This document shows, in pieces, positions 10,045 to 19,670 of a stretch of 64,000 nucleotides of DNA. Positions within the stretch are counted from its first letter, which is position 1. Every line of letters begins with the position of its first letter. Under the pieces are notes generated by a model. That model did not search any database. It was not told the origin of the DNA and saw nothing but the letters and a program-made list of their open reading frames with translations. The DNA lies in NCBI GenBank assembly GCA_023150835.1, contig JAKLKB010000005.1, forward strand, positions 1-64,000, in the 5' to 3' direction. The stretch is from Myxococcota bacterium (GTDB taxonomy: Bacteria; Myxococcota_C; UBA6777). A program made the translations under genes and the position numbers.

Positions 10045-10308
10045 ATGAGTACAGTCGTCCTTGATATCCCCGAAAGCAGCCGACTCGCACTGAAATTATC
10101 TACCGAGCAACTCGGCCAAGAAATCCGCCTCGCTGCGGCCATCAAGCTCTACGAACTAGGAAAGCTCTCTTCGGGAGCCGCCGCTCAACTCGCAGGAATT
10201 CCCAAAGTCGTCTTTCTCTCCAAGCTCTCGGATTATGGGGTAGCGACCTTCACGTTGACAGAAGAAGAACTAAAGCGCGAGGCCCGTCTTGGCGAACGTG
10301 ATCTGTAA
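10045..10308 (+). CDS. UPF0175 family putative antitoxin
   Basis: AAAIKLYELGKLSSGAAAQLAGI signature; 87 aa; overlaps the downstream PIN gene. Confidence 0.88.
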   Translation: MSTVVLDIPESSRLALKLSTEQLGQEIRLAAAIKLYELGKLSSGAAAQLAGIPKVVFLSKLSDYGVATFTLTEEELKREARLGERDL

Positions 10309-10789
10309 CACCTCCCCATTGCAGTACCTCCATCAGCTCCGACTGATCGAGATCTTAGAATCCCTATATGGACAAATCATCGTTCCGTACGCAGTCCAAG
10401 ACGAACTCGAAGCAGGGGCAACACTCGGTGTAGACGTTCCTCACCTCCTCTCCTATGATTGGATTTCATTACAACAACCCACCAGTTATGCAGCCTTTCC
10501 TCTGGTTTCGGACCTTGGCGCAGGAGAAACCGCCGTCCTCGCGTTGGCGCTGGAGCAGGTTGGGAGCCTCGTGATCTTGGATGATGGACTCGCTCGACAA
10601 TTCGCCGAAAGCCTCAACATCCAGCGTATCGGAACACTGGGAATCCTTTTACAGGCCAAACAACGCGGACTGATCGCAGAGATCGCTCCGCTACTCGATC
10701 AACTTAACCAACTCCGCTTCCGCGTCAGCCCCGCTACAAAACAAGCCGTGTTGAGGCTCGCACATGAAGATCCTGATCGCCGAAGATGA
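10289..10789 (+). CDS. DUF3368 family PIN-domain protein (VapC-like putative toxin)
   Basis: VICNTSPL, LGAGETAVLALA, ILDD, GTLGILLQAK motifs; TTG start. Confidence 0.88.
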   Translation: MANVICNTSPLQYLHQLRLIEILESLYGQIIVPYAVQDELEAGATLGVDVPHLLSYDWISLQQPTSYAAFPLVSDLGAGETAVLALALEQVGSLVILDDGLARQFAESLNIQRIGTLGILLQAKQRGLIAEIAPLLDQLNQLRFRVSPATKQAVLRLAHEDPDRRR

Positions 10790-11462
10790 TCCCCATATCC
10801 GCGCAGGGATCGTCGAACTTCTCGAAGAAGAAGGCTACACTCTTGTGGAAGCCCGCGATGGACAAGACGCCATCGAGGCATTCCAACGCCACGCCCCTGA
10901 TCTCGTCATCCTCGATATCATGATGCCCCGTCACAACGGCTACGATGTGTGCCGTGCCATCCGAAAAAACAACGCACACACGCCCGTCCTGTTTTTAAGC
11001 GCAAAGTCCGAAGAGATCGACAAAGTCATCGGCCTCGAATTGGGGGCCGACGACTACATCGCCAAACCCTTCGGAACCAAGGAGCTAATCGCTCGTATCC
11101 GCGCTCTCTTTCGTCGCGTCCAAGAACCCTCCCCCGTCAAAGCCACCTCCCCGATCTCTGCAACCCCCTTCACTATGCACGATCTTCATATCTTTCCTGC
11201 CGAACTACGGGCACGACGAAACACACAAGAGATCGAGATCAGCCCTCGCGATCTCCAGATCCTTCTGCTTTTGCACCAACAACAAGGAAAAGTCGTCGAC
11301 CGCAACACCCTCTTCGATACCTGCTGGGGAATGGACTACACCCCCAACAGTCGCACGCTCGATCAACACATCTCTCAATTGCGTAAAAAAATTGAAACCG
11401 ATCCCCGATCCCCCTCGATTATCCGCACTGTTCACGGTGTCGGATATCGTTATGACCCCTGA
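10764..11462 (+). CDS. OmpR-family DNA-binding response regulator
   Basis: ILIAEDD, LDIMMP, GADDYIAKPF, RTLDQHISQLRKK, TVHGVGY. Confidence 0.96.
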   Translation: MKILIAEDDPHIRAGIVELLEEEGYTLVEARDGQDAIEAFQRHAPDLVILDIMMPRHNGYDVCRAIRKNNAHTPVLFLSAKSEEIDKVIGLELGADDYIAKPFGTKELIARIRALFRRVQEPSPVKATSPISATPFTMHDLHIFPAELRARRNTQEIEISPRDLQILLLLHQQQGKVVDRNTLFDTCWGMDYTPNSRTLDQHISQLRKKIETDPRSPSIIRTVHGVGYRYDP

Positions 11463-11510
11463 AGCCCCACGCCCCCCAAAGCCCAACATCGGTCCCAGAC
11501 GGCGAACACC

Positions 11511-13793
11511 TTACATATTGTCGAACTTCCATTGAATCGCCCAAAACAAGTACAGGATCGACGCAAAGATCACCGCCACCATCAAGATCGCCAAAAAGAT
11601 CATCGCCGTGCCACGCCCTTTGATACGGATCCCTTCTTCCTTGGTGAACTCATCCAAACGCGCTTGATCCCGCCGATAACCAAAGAACATCCACAAAAAC
11701 ATCCCCAACAACACAAATGACCCCAACCCCCCCAAAGTCATCAGCGTTCGGCGACGAAAATCATGCTGATAACGCCGCAAACTGGAAAGCCGATCTTTGG
11801 AAGAATCGTACAACAAAGAAGGTGGCGTAAAACGCGCCTTTGCAACAGAAAAGATCGCACGCGCCCATCCTTCGATATCTTGCGAACGGCTTGGCGATGG
11901 GAAAGATTCGATCTCCAACAAACGCATCCCATCCCCTCGCTCCACAAGATGTTTTCGCAACGCACCACGCAAAGCCTGTTCGTCTGCTCCCCCAACGTGC
12001 AGCAAACGCGCATCGTAGACCTCGCCCGGGAAATAAAATTCGGTATACACTTGAACCGTGATCAGGCCCTTGATTCCTTTGGGAATTTTTAGAGAGACTT
12101 CGCTTCGCCCGTCCTGCAACATCCGCTGTGTTGACCACAAACGCCGACCGTGTTGAACAAGATCGATGTGCAACGGTGCGGTCGCCTGAAGGCTATCGAC
12201 CCGCACAAATAGCGTTCCCCCTTCCGCCACCAAGACCTGACGCGGCTCTGCCAACATCTGATAACCTTCGGTCTTCATCTCGATGGCCTGTTGTGATCTG
12301 CCCAAACGACCCCACACCGTCGTCTCAAAACCCACACGGAAAAATTGCGGAACGTACGGAAAACGCACGATCCCTTGCACTTCTTTGGCTGGATACGTCC
12401 CCAAACGCGACATCCCTTCGCGCAGTTCGAGCCACACCCGATGCGAGGGCGTTTCCCATACCGTCGTATCGGCCTTTTGGCGCGGCGCTTCCATCTTTCG
12501 CGCAGGCTCCGCAAAAGGATCAAGGAGTGTCCTCCGTTGCACACCAGCATCGGGAGTCCCAAAAAGCCGCTGCATCGAAGGTTCCACCGTAGGGCGCGAA
12601 GCCACGCTCTCACGCTGCCTAGGCACCGCAGCACGAGGCTTCAATTTTTGGCTTGGCGAAACTTGTGATCGAGGCAAGCGAGCGGGTCGAGAAGTCGCAA
12701 CAATCTGCCGAATCACCGATATCGAGGATGAGTGCTGCACAGGAAGCACAGGTCTTGAGGTCGATAGCTCCGTGATATGCGACGGTTTGGAGGTCGATAG
12801 CCCTGTATGCTGTGATGGTCTTGATGTCGATAGCCACGTAATATGCGACGGTTTGGAGGTCGATAGCCCTGTAGGTTGAGCTGGTTTGGAGGCCGCTCGT
12901 CCCGCAGGTTGGGACGGTGTGGAGGTCGATAGCCCTGTAGGTTGAGCTGGTTTGGAGGAGGGAAAGCCCAAAGGCTCAGCGTTTTTTGAGGTAGGGGGTT
13001 CTTGTTTCGAGGAAAGCGAAGGTGCGGGGCTTTTGCGTTGTTGCACCCAAGCATAGATACGGTTCGGAAGATCCGAGATCAGAGAGCGGCCTTCTGCAAA
13101 AAAACGGATGCGATAGGGCGAAGAAGGCGTTTCTGGGGCCGCCCAGAGAGGCTGGCTGCTTTCTTTGGTGTAGCGGCCTTGTGCTTGGGTCAAGTCGACC
13201 AATTCAACGGGCCGCTCGAAAGTCTCTTCGCCTGTAGGACCACGAACGCGGATGCGCAAGGTGTACGCACCAAGCGGCCAACGTGGGATATGGAGGTTGG
13301 CAACCAACACGTCTTGCTCGGTTCGCCCATGAAAGATCTGGGCCTCGCGATGGGGAGCGATCAACCAAAAAGTGCCTTGAACACCGCGCAAAAATGCGGT
13401 GCTTTCGGCTTCAAAGATCGCCAAACGAAAACTGGCCCGCTCGCCCACCACAAGGCGCGATGGCCCGTAGACTTGGCTTGCAAACCGCACATCGCGCACC
13501 ATCACCATCGTCATAATGCCCAAGGCCAACAGCGTAAAAAAACTCAAACCGTACCCCAGATAACGCACCGCAGGAGGAAAAGTGCCTTCGCGATCATTGC
13601 GGATTTCTCGCAACATTCGAGCGATATCCTCTTCGTCCTCTTGGTGTGCGCGCAGCAATCCCCCGACCTTGGGGCGCCTTCCCTCGGTGGGGGGTTGGCC
13701 CGTTGATGAGGTGGGCGATTGGCCCGTCGATGAGGCGGAAAGATCGGCTTCTTTCTCCTGCACAGCGCCCAGCTCGTCCTGTTTGCGATCCAT
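11511..13793 (-). CDS. Hypothetical membrane-anchored protein (N-terminal TM, beta-rich extracytoplasmic region with Ser/Thr/Pro repeats, two C-terminal TMs)
   Basis: 760-aa ORF; GPSRLVVGERASFRL segment resembles macroglobulin (MG) domains (inference); LSTS(K/R)P repeats at 12751-12958. Confidence 0.75.
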   Translation of the reverse strand: MDRKQDELGAVQEKEADLSASSTGQSPTSSTGQPPTEGRRPKVGGLLRAHQEDEEDIARMLREIRNDREGTFPPAVRYLGYGLSFFTLLALGIMTMVMVRDVRFASQVYGPSRLVVGERASFRLAIFEAESTAFLRGVQGTFWLIAPHREAQIFHGRTEQDVLVANLHIPRWPLGAYTLRIRVRGPTGEETFERPVELVDLTQAQGRYTKESSQPLWAAPETPSSPYRIRFFAEGRSLISDLPNRIYAWVQQRKSPAPSLSSKQEPPTSKNAEPLGFPSSKPAQPTGLSTSTPSQPAGRAASKPAQPTGLSTSKPSHITWLSTSRPSQHTGLSTSKPSHITELSTSRPVLPVQHSSSISVIRQIVATSRPARLPRSQVSPSQKLKPRAAVPRQRESVASRPTVEPSMQRLFGTPDAGVQRRTLLDPFAEPARKMEAPRQKADTTVWETPSHRVWLELREGMSRLGTYPAKEVQGIVRFPYVPQFFRVGFETTVWGRLGRSQQAIEMKTEGYQMLAEPRQVLVAEGGTLFVRVDSLQATAPLHIDLVQHGRRLWSTQRMLQDGRSEVSLKIPKGIKGLITVQVYTEFYFPGEVYDARLLHVGGADEQALRGALRKHLVERGDGMRLLEIESFPSPSRSQDIEGWARAIFSVAKARFTPPSLLYDSSKDRLSSLRRYQHDFRRRTLMTLGGLGSFVLLGMFLWMFFGYRRDQARLDEFTKEEGIRIKGRGTAMIFLAILMVAVIFASILYLFWAIQWKFDNM

Positions 13794-13964
13794 CTGTTCT
13801 TCCTAAGATTCTTCGGGGGTCGATTGAGAATGACCCCTTGTTTGCGTCACTTGGCGCACCTATGCTAACCCAGCGCTTTTTGGATGCAACAAGAAACTTC
13901 TCGTTGACGTCCATCCCCTTCCACTCCGAAGACGACGCATCCCCCCAAACACCTACAGGATACG

Positions 13965-16220
13965 ATGCGCAAAGACCTTCCGCCTCTTTTTTTCGTATGG
14001 GTTTTGCCGTTGCTTTTCAGCACGGTCAGTCCGTCTCACGCTTACACATTCTTTGTCGAGGAAACACCGCCCCAAACGCTTCGCGTCAGTTATTGGCCCT
14101 ACCAACAAGGCCCTGTCCCCTTTTGGGTGGACGCGGATCCTTTTGTGCTTGAAGAACTGCGCTTTTCCTCCCTTGTTCAACTCGCCTTTCAATACTGGAC
14201 CCAAGCCTCTGGAACGGCCCTGCGCGTCCAACTCCACACACTCCCGCTCGATATCGACGCCAGCAACATCGCGCAATCAAGCCGCATCGACGACCAACGG
14301 CCCGATATCCTCCTTGAACACGATGGAAAGATCCTCGAAAGTCTTGGACTGGACGCCGAATATGTCTTGGGGATCGGCGTCCCGATCGTCGAACAAAACC
14401 AACAAGGCGCACTCACCGGCCCATTTGGCGGCAAGATCGTTGATGCCCTTGTGCTGATCAACACGGCTCGCCTACCCAAAGCCGCTCGCCTTCAGCGCTT
14501 GCTGATCCACGAGATCGGCCATGCCCTTGGCATCGGACACACCAACGTCGTCCACCTACCCAACGCCGAAAAACTCCCCGCCATGTTTTTCGATACAGGG
14601 GTCCAACAAAGCCTCCCCTCGCCACACGCCGATGATATCGCAGCGATCAGTAGTCTCTATCCAAACCCAGACTACGAACAACATTACGGAGCCATCGAAG
14701 GCCAAGTCCAACGCGCCGATCGGACGCCTGTGTTTGGAGCCGTCGTGATCGCCGAACCCACCGACGGTTCCGCTCCGATCGCAGCATGGAGCGATCCTGA
14801 CGGCCGATTCGGACTGTACGGACTCCCGCCCAATACTTATACGCTGCATACACGCGCTCTTTCGGGTGATCGCTTCTTGTTTTCGATGGACCCTGCCCTT
14901 CATGTCGGCGGCATCTACAAAAAAGCCACCCGCAGCTTTTGCCCCGAGTCGTACAACGATCTTCCCTTCCTTCAATGCCGCATCCAACCCACCCAAAGCA
15001 CCCCCCTCACCGTCCGCGCAGGGCAACGTCAAACAGGCTTGATCATCCGAGAAGATCAGGGCAACCCTTCCCCTGCGTTGCTCTGCCGCCTTGGTGCATC
15101 GCCACAACTTCCCGAACACCCCGCCCGATTTCCTCCCGAAGTCCCCAACCAAGGGCTACGCAACACGATCTGCCCACCCGATGAACCGCCACAAGAAAAC
15201 CTTGCCTCCGATGCTTCCGAACCCTTCGCAGCAGAAAGAGCCGAACCCCCGCCCGAAATGTCATCGCTCGAAGCACCCGACCAAAAGCCCGAATTGACGG
15301 ACATCTCAGGATGCCGATGCGGCGCTTCCCCCTCATGGCCATCGTCGTGGCTTGCTTTGCTCTTGCTTTTGGCCTTGCGTTCACGCCGGCGCGGTCGCAA
15401 CATCCGCAACATCTCGCGGTGGTCGGCGTTTGTGCTATGCCTGTTTCTTCCTTCCGTTCCTTGGGCGCTCACGGTACGCAAACCGTCTTTTACGATGATG
15501 GCCCAACGAGCGCAGACGGTTGTACGCGCCCGCGCCATCGCACAAAACACCTTGCCTTCGCAGCCATTGCCCTTGCTCCGCACCACCTTTTCCTTGGTCG
15601 AGTGCCTCAAAGGCCCGTGTCCTCAAACCTTTTCGCTCTCGCTTCCAGCGCCGCGATACGGGCGTTATCGGCTCTTTACATCAGGAATACCGCGTTTTTC
15701 TCTTGCCCAAGAGTACATCCTGTTCGTCCGCCCAAACCATCGCCAAAAGCCGATCCTTGTGGGCCTTTCCTTTGGGGTGTTCGATGTACAACCCGATCCC
15801 CAACAGCACCTCCGCTCACGCGGCTGCTTTTTTGCGCCTCTCCCACTCGCAACATTTCGCCGCCTCCTTGATCGCGCCTTACATCCGAGGTCTCGTGCCA
15901 CATCACAACCCACACCACGAAGCCTCCCCACCTCTCGCCCACGCTCCCATCCAACGCCCCCGATGCTCCGAACCCACCACACCACCACACCGACGATCTG
16001 CCCTCTGCGTGCCCATGCTCCCACAAGATCGCAGTCCCCGCTGCGAGACTTCGGATTATCCGCGATCTGTGCGCCCACTTTCCCGCAAGATCGCGGCCCC
16101 CCGCTGCAATGCTTCACAAAGACGCTCGATATCTTGCGTGTCGTGGAAGAATCCAACGGACACCCGCAACGACGGCGGATTCGCAGGAACCGAGCGCAAG
16201 ATCATCCCCTCTTTTTCTAA
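13965..16220 (+). CDS. Secreted matrixin-like (metzincin) metalloprotease with carboxypeptidase-regulatory-like domain, internal MYXO-CTERM-like segment and an extra C-terminal domain
   Basis: Signal peptide, HEIGHALGIGH plus Met-turn PAMF, GAIEGQV..SDPDGRFGLYGLPPNTYTL, GCRCG..WLALLLLLALRSRRR; 3' end uncertain (overlaps the convergent gene). Confidence 0.8.
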   Translation: MRKDLPPLFFVWVLPLLFSTVSPSHAYTFFVEETPPQTLRVSYWPYQQGPVPFWVDADPFVLEELRFSSLVQLAFQYWTQASGTALRVQLHTLPLDIDASNIAQSSRIDDQRPDILLEHDGKILESLGLDAEYVLGIGVPIVEQNQQGALTGPFGGKIVDALVLINTARLPKAARLQRLLIHEIGHALGIGHTNVVHLPNAEKLPAMFFDTGVQQSLPSPHADDIAAISSLYPNPDYEQHYGAIEGQVQRADRTPVFGAVVIAEPTDGSAPIAAWSDPDGRFGLYGLPPNTYTLHTRALSGDRFLFSMDPALHVGGIYKKATRSFCPESYNDLPFLQCRIQPTQSTPLTVRAGQRQTGLIIREDQGNPSPALLCRLGASPQLPEHPARFPPEVPNQGLRNTICPPDEPPQENLASDASEPFAAERAEPPPEMSSLEAPDQKPELTDISGCRCGASPSWPSSWLALLLLLALRSRRRGRNIRNISRWSAFVLCLFLPSVPWALTVRKPSFTMMAQRAQTVVRARAIAQNTLPSQPLPLLRTTFSLVECLKGPCPQTFSLSLPAPRYGRYRLFTSGIPRFSLAQEYILFVRPNHRQKPILVGLSFGVFDVQPDPQQHLRSRGCFFAPLPLATFRRLLDRALHPRSRATSQPTPRSLPTSRPRSHPTPPMLRTHHTTTPTICPLRAHAPTRSQSPLRDFGLSAICAPTFPQDRGPPLQCFTKTLDILRVVEESNGHPQRRRIRRNRAQDHPLFF

Positions 16221-17375
16221 CACAGCCATAAGCGCCGCTGGAGCCACCCCCTCCATCCGAAAAGCCAACAAGCTCGCTTCTTTGCCCGCAGGCGTGACGA
16301 CTGACACACCTTCGAGCGATTCAAGCGCCGCCCGAACCTTCGGAACCATCGCTGCGATCCGCGCAAAGATCCACGGCCAACCCACCTCTGTTTCCAAGAA
16401 CTCAAGCGATGCCACCAACCCCTCCAGCAACGGGCGAAAACGCCCTCCCGCCAGATAACGACCCGCCCCCTCCGTCGGCACATAATACGGAGCCGTCTGA
16501 TCGTACCACCCTGCATTCCGCATCGAAAACGTCCCCACAAAGGTGGGTTGAAGTCGCGATTGCCAAGCCCGATCCACAAACAAAACCCCCGTCCCTTCGG
16601 GTCCACAAAGCCATTTCTGACAAGGAGCCGCCAAAAAGTCGATCTGAAGGGCTTTCACATCCAGCGGAAATACCCCCAGCGATTGTGCCGCATCCACGAG
16701 CAACGGGATGCCCCGCGCTCGACACATCGCCCCCACCGCCTCGATCGCAAAGCGACGTCCGTCCAGATACGACACATGCGACAACGCCACCAGTCGCGTA
16801 CGCGGAGATATCGCCTGTTCCAACAACGCCGCATCTTCTTGCGCATCACCACGAAACGGCAGATACCGCACCTCCACCCCAAATCTCCGATGGATCTGCG
16901 CCAACGGAGCCAACAGGCCCATGTGTTCTTGATCGGACGTGAGGATCTGATCTCCCGCCTGCCAAGGCAGTCCCCACAAAACGATGTTCATCCCTTCGGT
17001 GGTGTTTTGCGTCCAGATCACTTCCTCTTCTGCGGCCCCCAACAACGCGGCCAACAGCGCGTGAAGATGGGCTTGGCGCTTCAAAAAACGCAGATAGCCC
17101 GAGATCGCAGAACGCCCCCCCAAAAGCTCCTGCTCTTGGGCTTCTTGGAGCGCTTGGAGACTTCGCAACGGCAACGGGCCGCACGTCCCGCTGTTCCAAT
17201 ACCCACCCTCTCGCAGCACAGGAAAAGCGCCGCGCATACGCGACCATGCTCCCGCATCTTGCGCATGATCTATCACTTCTTTGCTTCGCTTGCTCAACGT
17301 CTCTACCCTTTCCAACGTCTGTCTTGTCTCACCGACTCTCGGCACGCTGACCGCTTCTTGCATAACCACGCGCAC
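16056..17375 (-). CDS. Class V PLP-dependent aminotransferase (cysteine desulfurase / isopenicillin N epimerase-like)
   Basis: YWNSGTCGP, NTTEG, VDAAQSLG, PCQKWLCGPEG (PLP lysine); start uncertain. Confidence 0.9.
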   Translation of the reverse strand: MRVVMQEAVSVPRVGETRQTLERVETLSKRSKEVIDHAQDAGAWSRMRGAFPVLREGGYWNSGTCGPLPLRSLQALQEAQEQELLGGRSAISGYLRFLKRQAHLHALLAALLGAAEEEVIWTQNTTEGMNIVLWGLPWQAGDQILTSDQEHMGLLAPLAQIHRRFGVEVRYLPFRGDAQEDAALLEQAISPRTRLVALSHVSYLDGRRFAIEAVGAMCRARGIPLLVDAAQSLGVFPLDVKALQIDFLAAPCQKWLCGPEGTGVLFVDRAWQSRLQPTFVGTFSMRNAGWYDQTAPYYVPTEGAGRYLAGGRFRPLLEGLVASLEFLETEVGWPWIFARIAAMVPKVRAALESLEGVSVVTPAGKEASLLAFRMEGVAPAALMAVLEKEGMILRSVPANPPSLRVSVGFFHDTQDIERLCEALQRGAAILRESGRTDRG

Positions 17376-17434
17376 AAGGTATCTTGTTTCCGTCTATTTG
17401 GGTGTGTTTTCTTTTTCATCGGCAGGCAAAAAAA

Positions 17435-19519
17435 ATGAACAAACGAAGCGGATTGTTTTGGTGGATCGCGATGGGGTTCGTGGGATGGGGACTTTGGTCC
17501 TGTGGCTCTCCTTCGACAGCACCTTCCTCACAAGCCCAAGAGGCCGCCCGAACGCCCACCGGCTTGTTTTTTGGTTATCCCACCGATGGGAAATTTACAA
17601 CCGAAAACTTCTACAACTTCCCTTTTCCGCACACCTTGCGCATCAAAGAAAACGGAACGCCCGACCTCACCTTTTTTCCTGCCCCAAAGCGCGTCCAAAA
17701 ATGCCCGCTCCCTCCAAGCAAAGACGCCTTTGTCGGCCAACTGATCGGCGCTTATGAACCTGACGACTTCCTCCGTAATCTGGTCAAACAAGCCAACAAC
17801 GGCGCTGTCGGCGCAGGCAACAACCCAACCCTGTACTTGCGCTTCAATCGTCCCCTCGCGGCCCGTTCTCTCCCGCCCGTCGAAGCCACCCTACACGACA
17901 CCAGCCCTGCTTTTCTCGTCAACATCGAACCCAACTCGCCCCGCCTCGGTCAGCGCCTGCCGATCCGCGCCTACCCCCAACTGCGCACCCGCTTTGCTCC
18001 TGATTTTCTCGCCGCCTTTCGACCCGAACCCGGCTTTTCTCTCGCTCCCAACGAACATTACGCGCTCGTGCTAACCCGTTCGATCCGAGACGAAGAGGGC
18101 TGGCCTCTTGCCCCCATGCCCTTGCTTGACACCTTGAACGCCCAAACCGCTCCCACCACTCCCCATCTCAAAGCCTTGTGGGACGCCTACCAACCCTTCT
18201 GGGCTTTCCTCAAAAGCAAAACCTCCCTCAAGCCCGAAGATATCGCCGCTGTCAGCGTGTTTCGCGGTGGCGATCCACTCCAAGAACAACGCAAGATCGT
18301 TCAATTCTTGCGCGAAAAACTCCCTGCCCCCACCCCTCCCAAAGACATCACCTGCACCGATCCCGGAGCCTCCCGCGCTTATCTTCTTTGCAAAGGAACC
18401 TACACTTCCCCCAACTTCCAGTTCGGCGACCCTCCTTATCTTGATGAAAAAACAGGATTTTTCAGCTACGAAAAAGACGGAACACCGATCTACAAAATGG
18501 AAGAGCTGCGATTTGCCCTTGCTTGGCCCAAAAGCGCTTTTGAGGATGGAGCACTACGCGAACGCCCCCTTCCGATCGTCCTTTACGCACACGGAACGGG
18601 TGGCGATTATCAAAGCTTCATCAGCGACAATACCGCAGAACGCCTCGCTCGGATGGGCATCGTCAGCTTGGGCATCGATCAGGTCATGCACGGCAATCGG
18701 GGTCGAAAACTTGGCAGCGTCGATCTCGACTTTCTGTTCTTTAACGCTCTCAACCTCCCCGCTGCCCGCGATAACGTCCGTCAATCCGCGCTCGATTACC
18801 ATTGGCTGGTCCGTCTGATGCAGACCTTCACACTTGCTCACGACGGACACAACCTGCGCATCGACCCCAAGCGGATCTGGTTTATGGGTCACAGCCAAGG
18901 CGGCTTGATCGGGCCGCTGTTTCTGGCTTTTGAACACAAAGTCCCTGCCGCTTTCCTTTCCGCTCCCGGGGCTTTGCTTGTTGGGATGCTTCTGAGCAAA
19001 AACGAACCCAAAGACCCCATCGAGATCCCCGCTGTGATCAGTTATCTCGTCTGCGATGGTGATGCCGCCAAAACCCCCTTCCATCCGGTCTTTTCTGTTC
19101 TCCAAAGCCTGCTCGATCCCGCCGATCCCGTCAATTATGGCCCCCTGATCCTCGCCGAAGACCGCCCTCCCATGCAGTTCTTTATGACCAAGGGAAACAC
19201 CGACAACTACGCTCCCCCCGCTGTCTTTGATCCGCTTGCCGTCGCCATGAAACTCCCGATGTTCGGCCCTTCACAAGACAACCTCATCGGACTCACTTTG
19301 CGCGGCGTCCCCACCTACCCGCTTCCCGTCAGCGGAAACCTTACCCACCCTTCGGGAACTCCCATCACTGCGGGCTTTACACAACACCAAGAATGCAAAT
19401 ACTCCAGCGGGGGCCTCTGTGACGGCCACTTTGTCGCCTTCCACAACCCCGATGCCTTGCGCAATTGGCAAAGCTTCTTCCGCTCCCTCACCAACCGCAC
19501 CACCGCCGAAGTCCACTAA
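17435..19519 (+). CDS. Lipoprotein with alpha/beta hydrolase domain
   Basis: Lipobox GLWSC, YAHGTGG oxyanion motif, GHSQGG nucleophile elbow, late DGHF His. Confidence 0.85.
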   Translation: MNKRSGLFWWIAMGFVGWGLWSCGSPSTAPSSQAQEAARTPTGLFFGYPTDGKFTTENFYNFPFPHTLRIKENGTPDLTFFPAPKRVQKCPLPPSKDAFVGQLIGAYEPDDFLRNLVKQANNGAVGAGNNPTLYLRFNRPLAARSLPPVEATLHDTSPAFLVNIEPNSPRLGQRLPIRAYPQLRTRFAPDFLAAFRPEPGFSLAPNEHYALVLTRSIRDEEGWPLAPMPLLDTLNAQTAPTTPHLKALWDAYQPFWAFLKSKTSLKPEDIAAVSVFRGGDPLQEQRKIVQFLREKLPAPTPPKDITCTDPGASRAYLLCKGTYTSPNFQFGDPPYLDEKTGFFSYEKDGTPIYKMEELRFALAWPKSAFEDGALRERPLPIVLYAHGTGGDYQSFISDNTAERLARMGIVSLGIDQVMHGNRGRKLGSVDLDFLFFNALNLPAARDNVRQSALDYHWLVRLMQTFTLAHDGHNLRIDPKRIWFMGHSQGGLIGPLFLAFEHKVPAAFLSAPGALLVGMLLSKNEPKDPIEIPAVISYLVCDGDAAKTPFHPVFSVLQSLLDPADPVNYGPLILAEDRPPMQFFMTKGNTDNYAPPAVFDPLAVAMKLPMFGPSQDNLIGLTLRGVPTYPLPVSGNLTHPSGTPITAGFTQHQECKYSSGGLCDGHFVAFHNPDALRNWQSFFRSLTNRTTAEVH

Positions 19520-19670
19520 AACCGCACATCCTCCAAAACAACGACACTCCTCTCTTCATCGAAATAGGCGGTAGCATGGGGGTAAAGATCGATATCTTTG
19601 CTTGACAAGCACCCCAAGACAAAGCACTCTTCTTTTTGGGTCAACGAACCGAAAAAAGAAGAGTGAAGGA

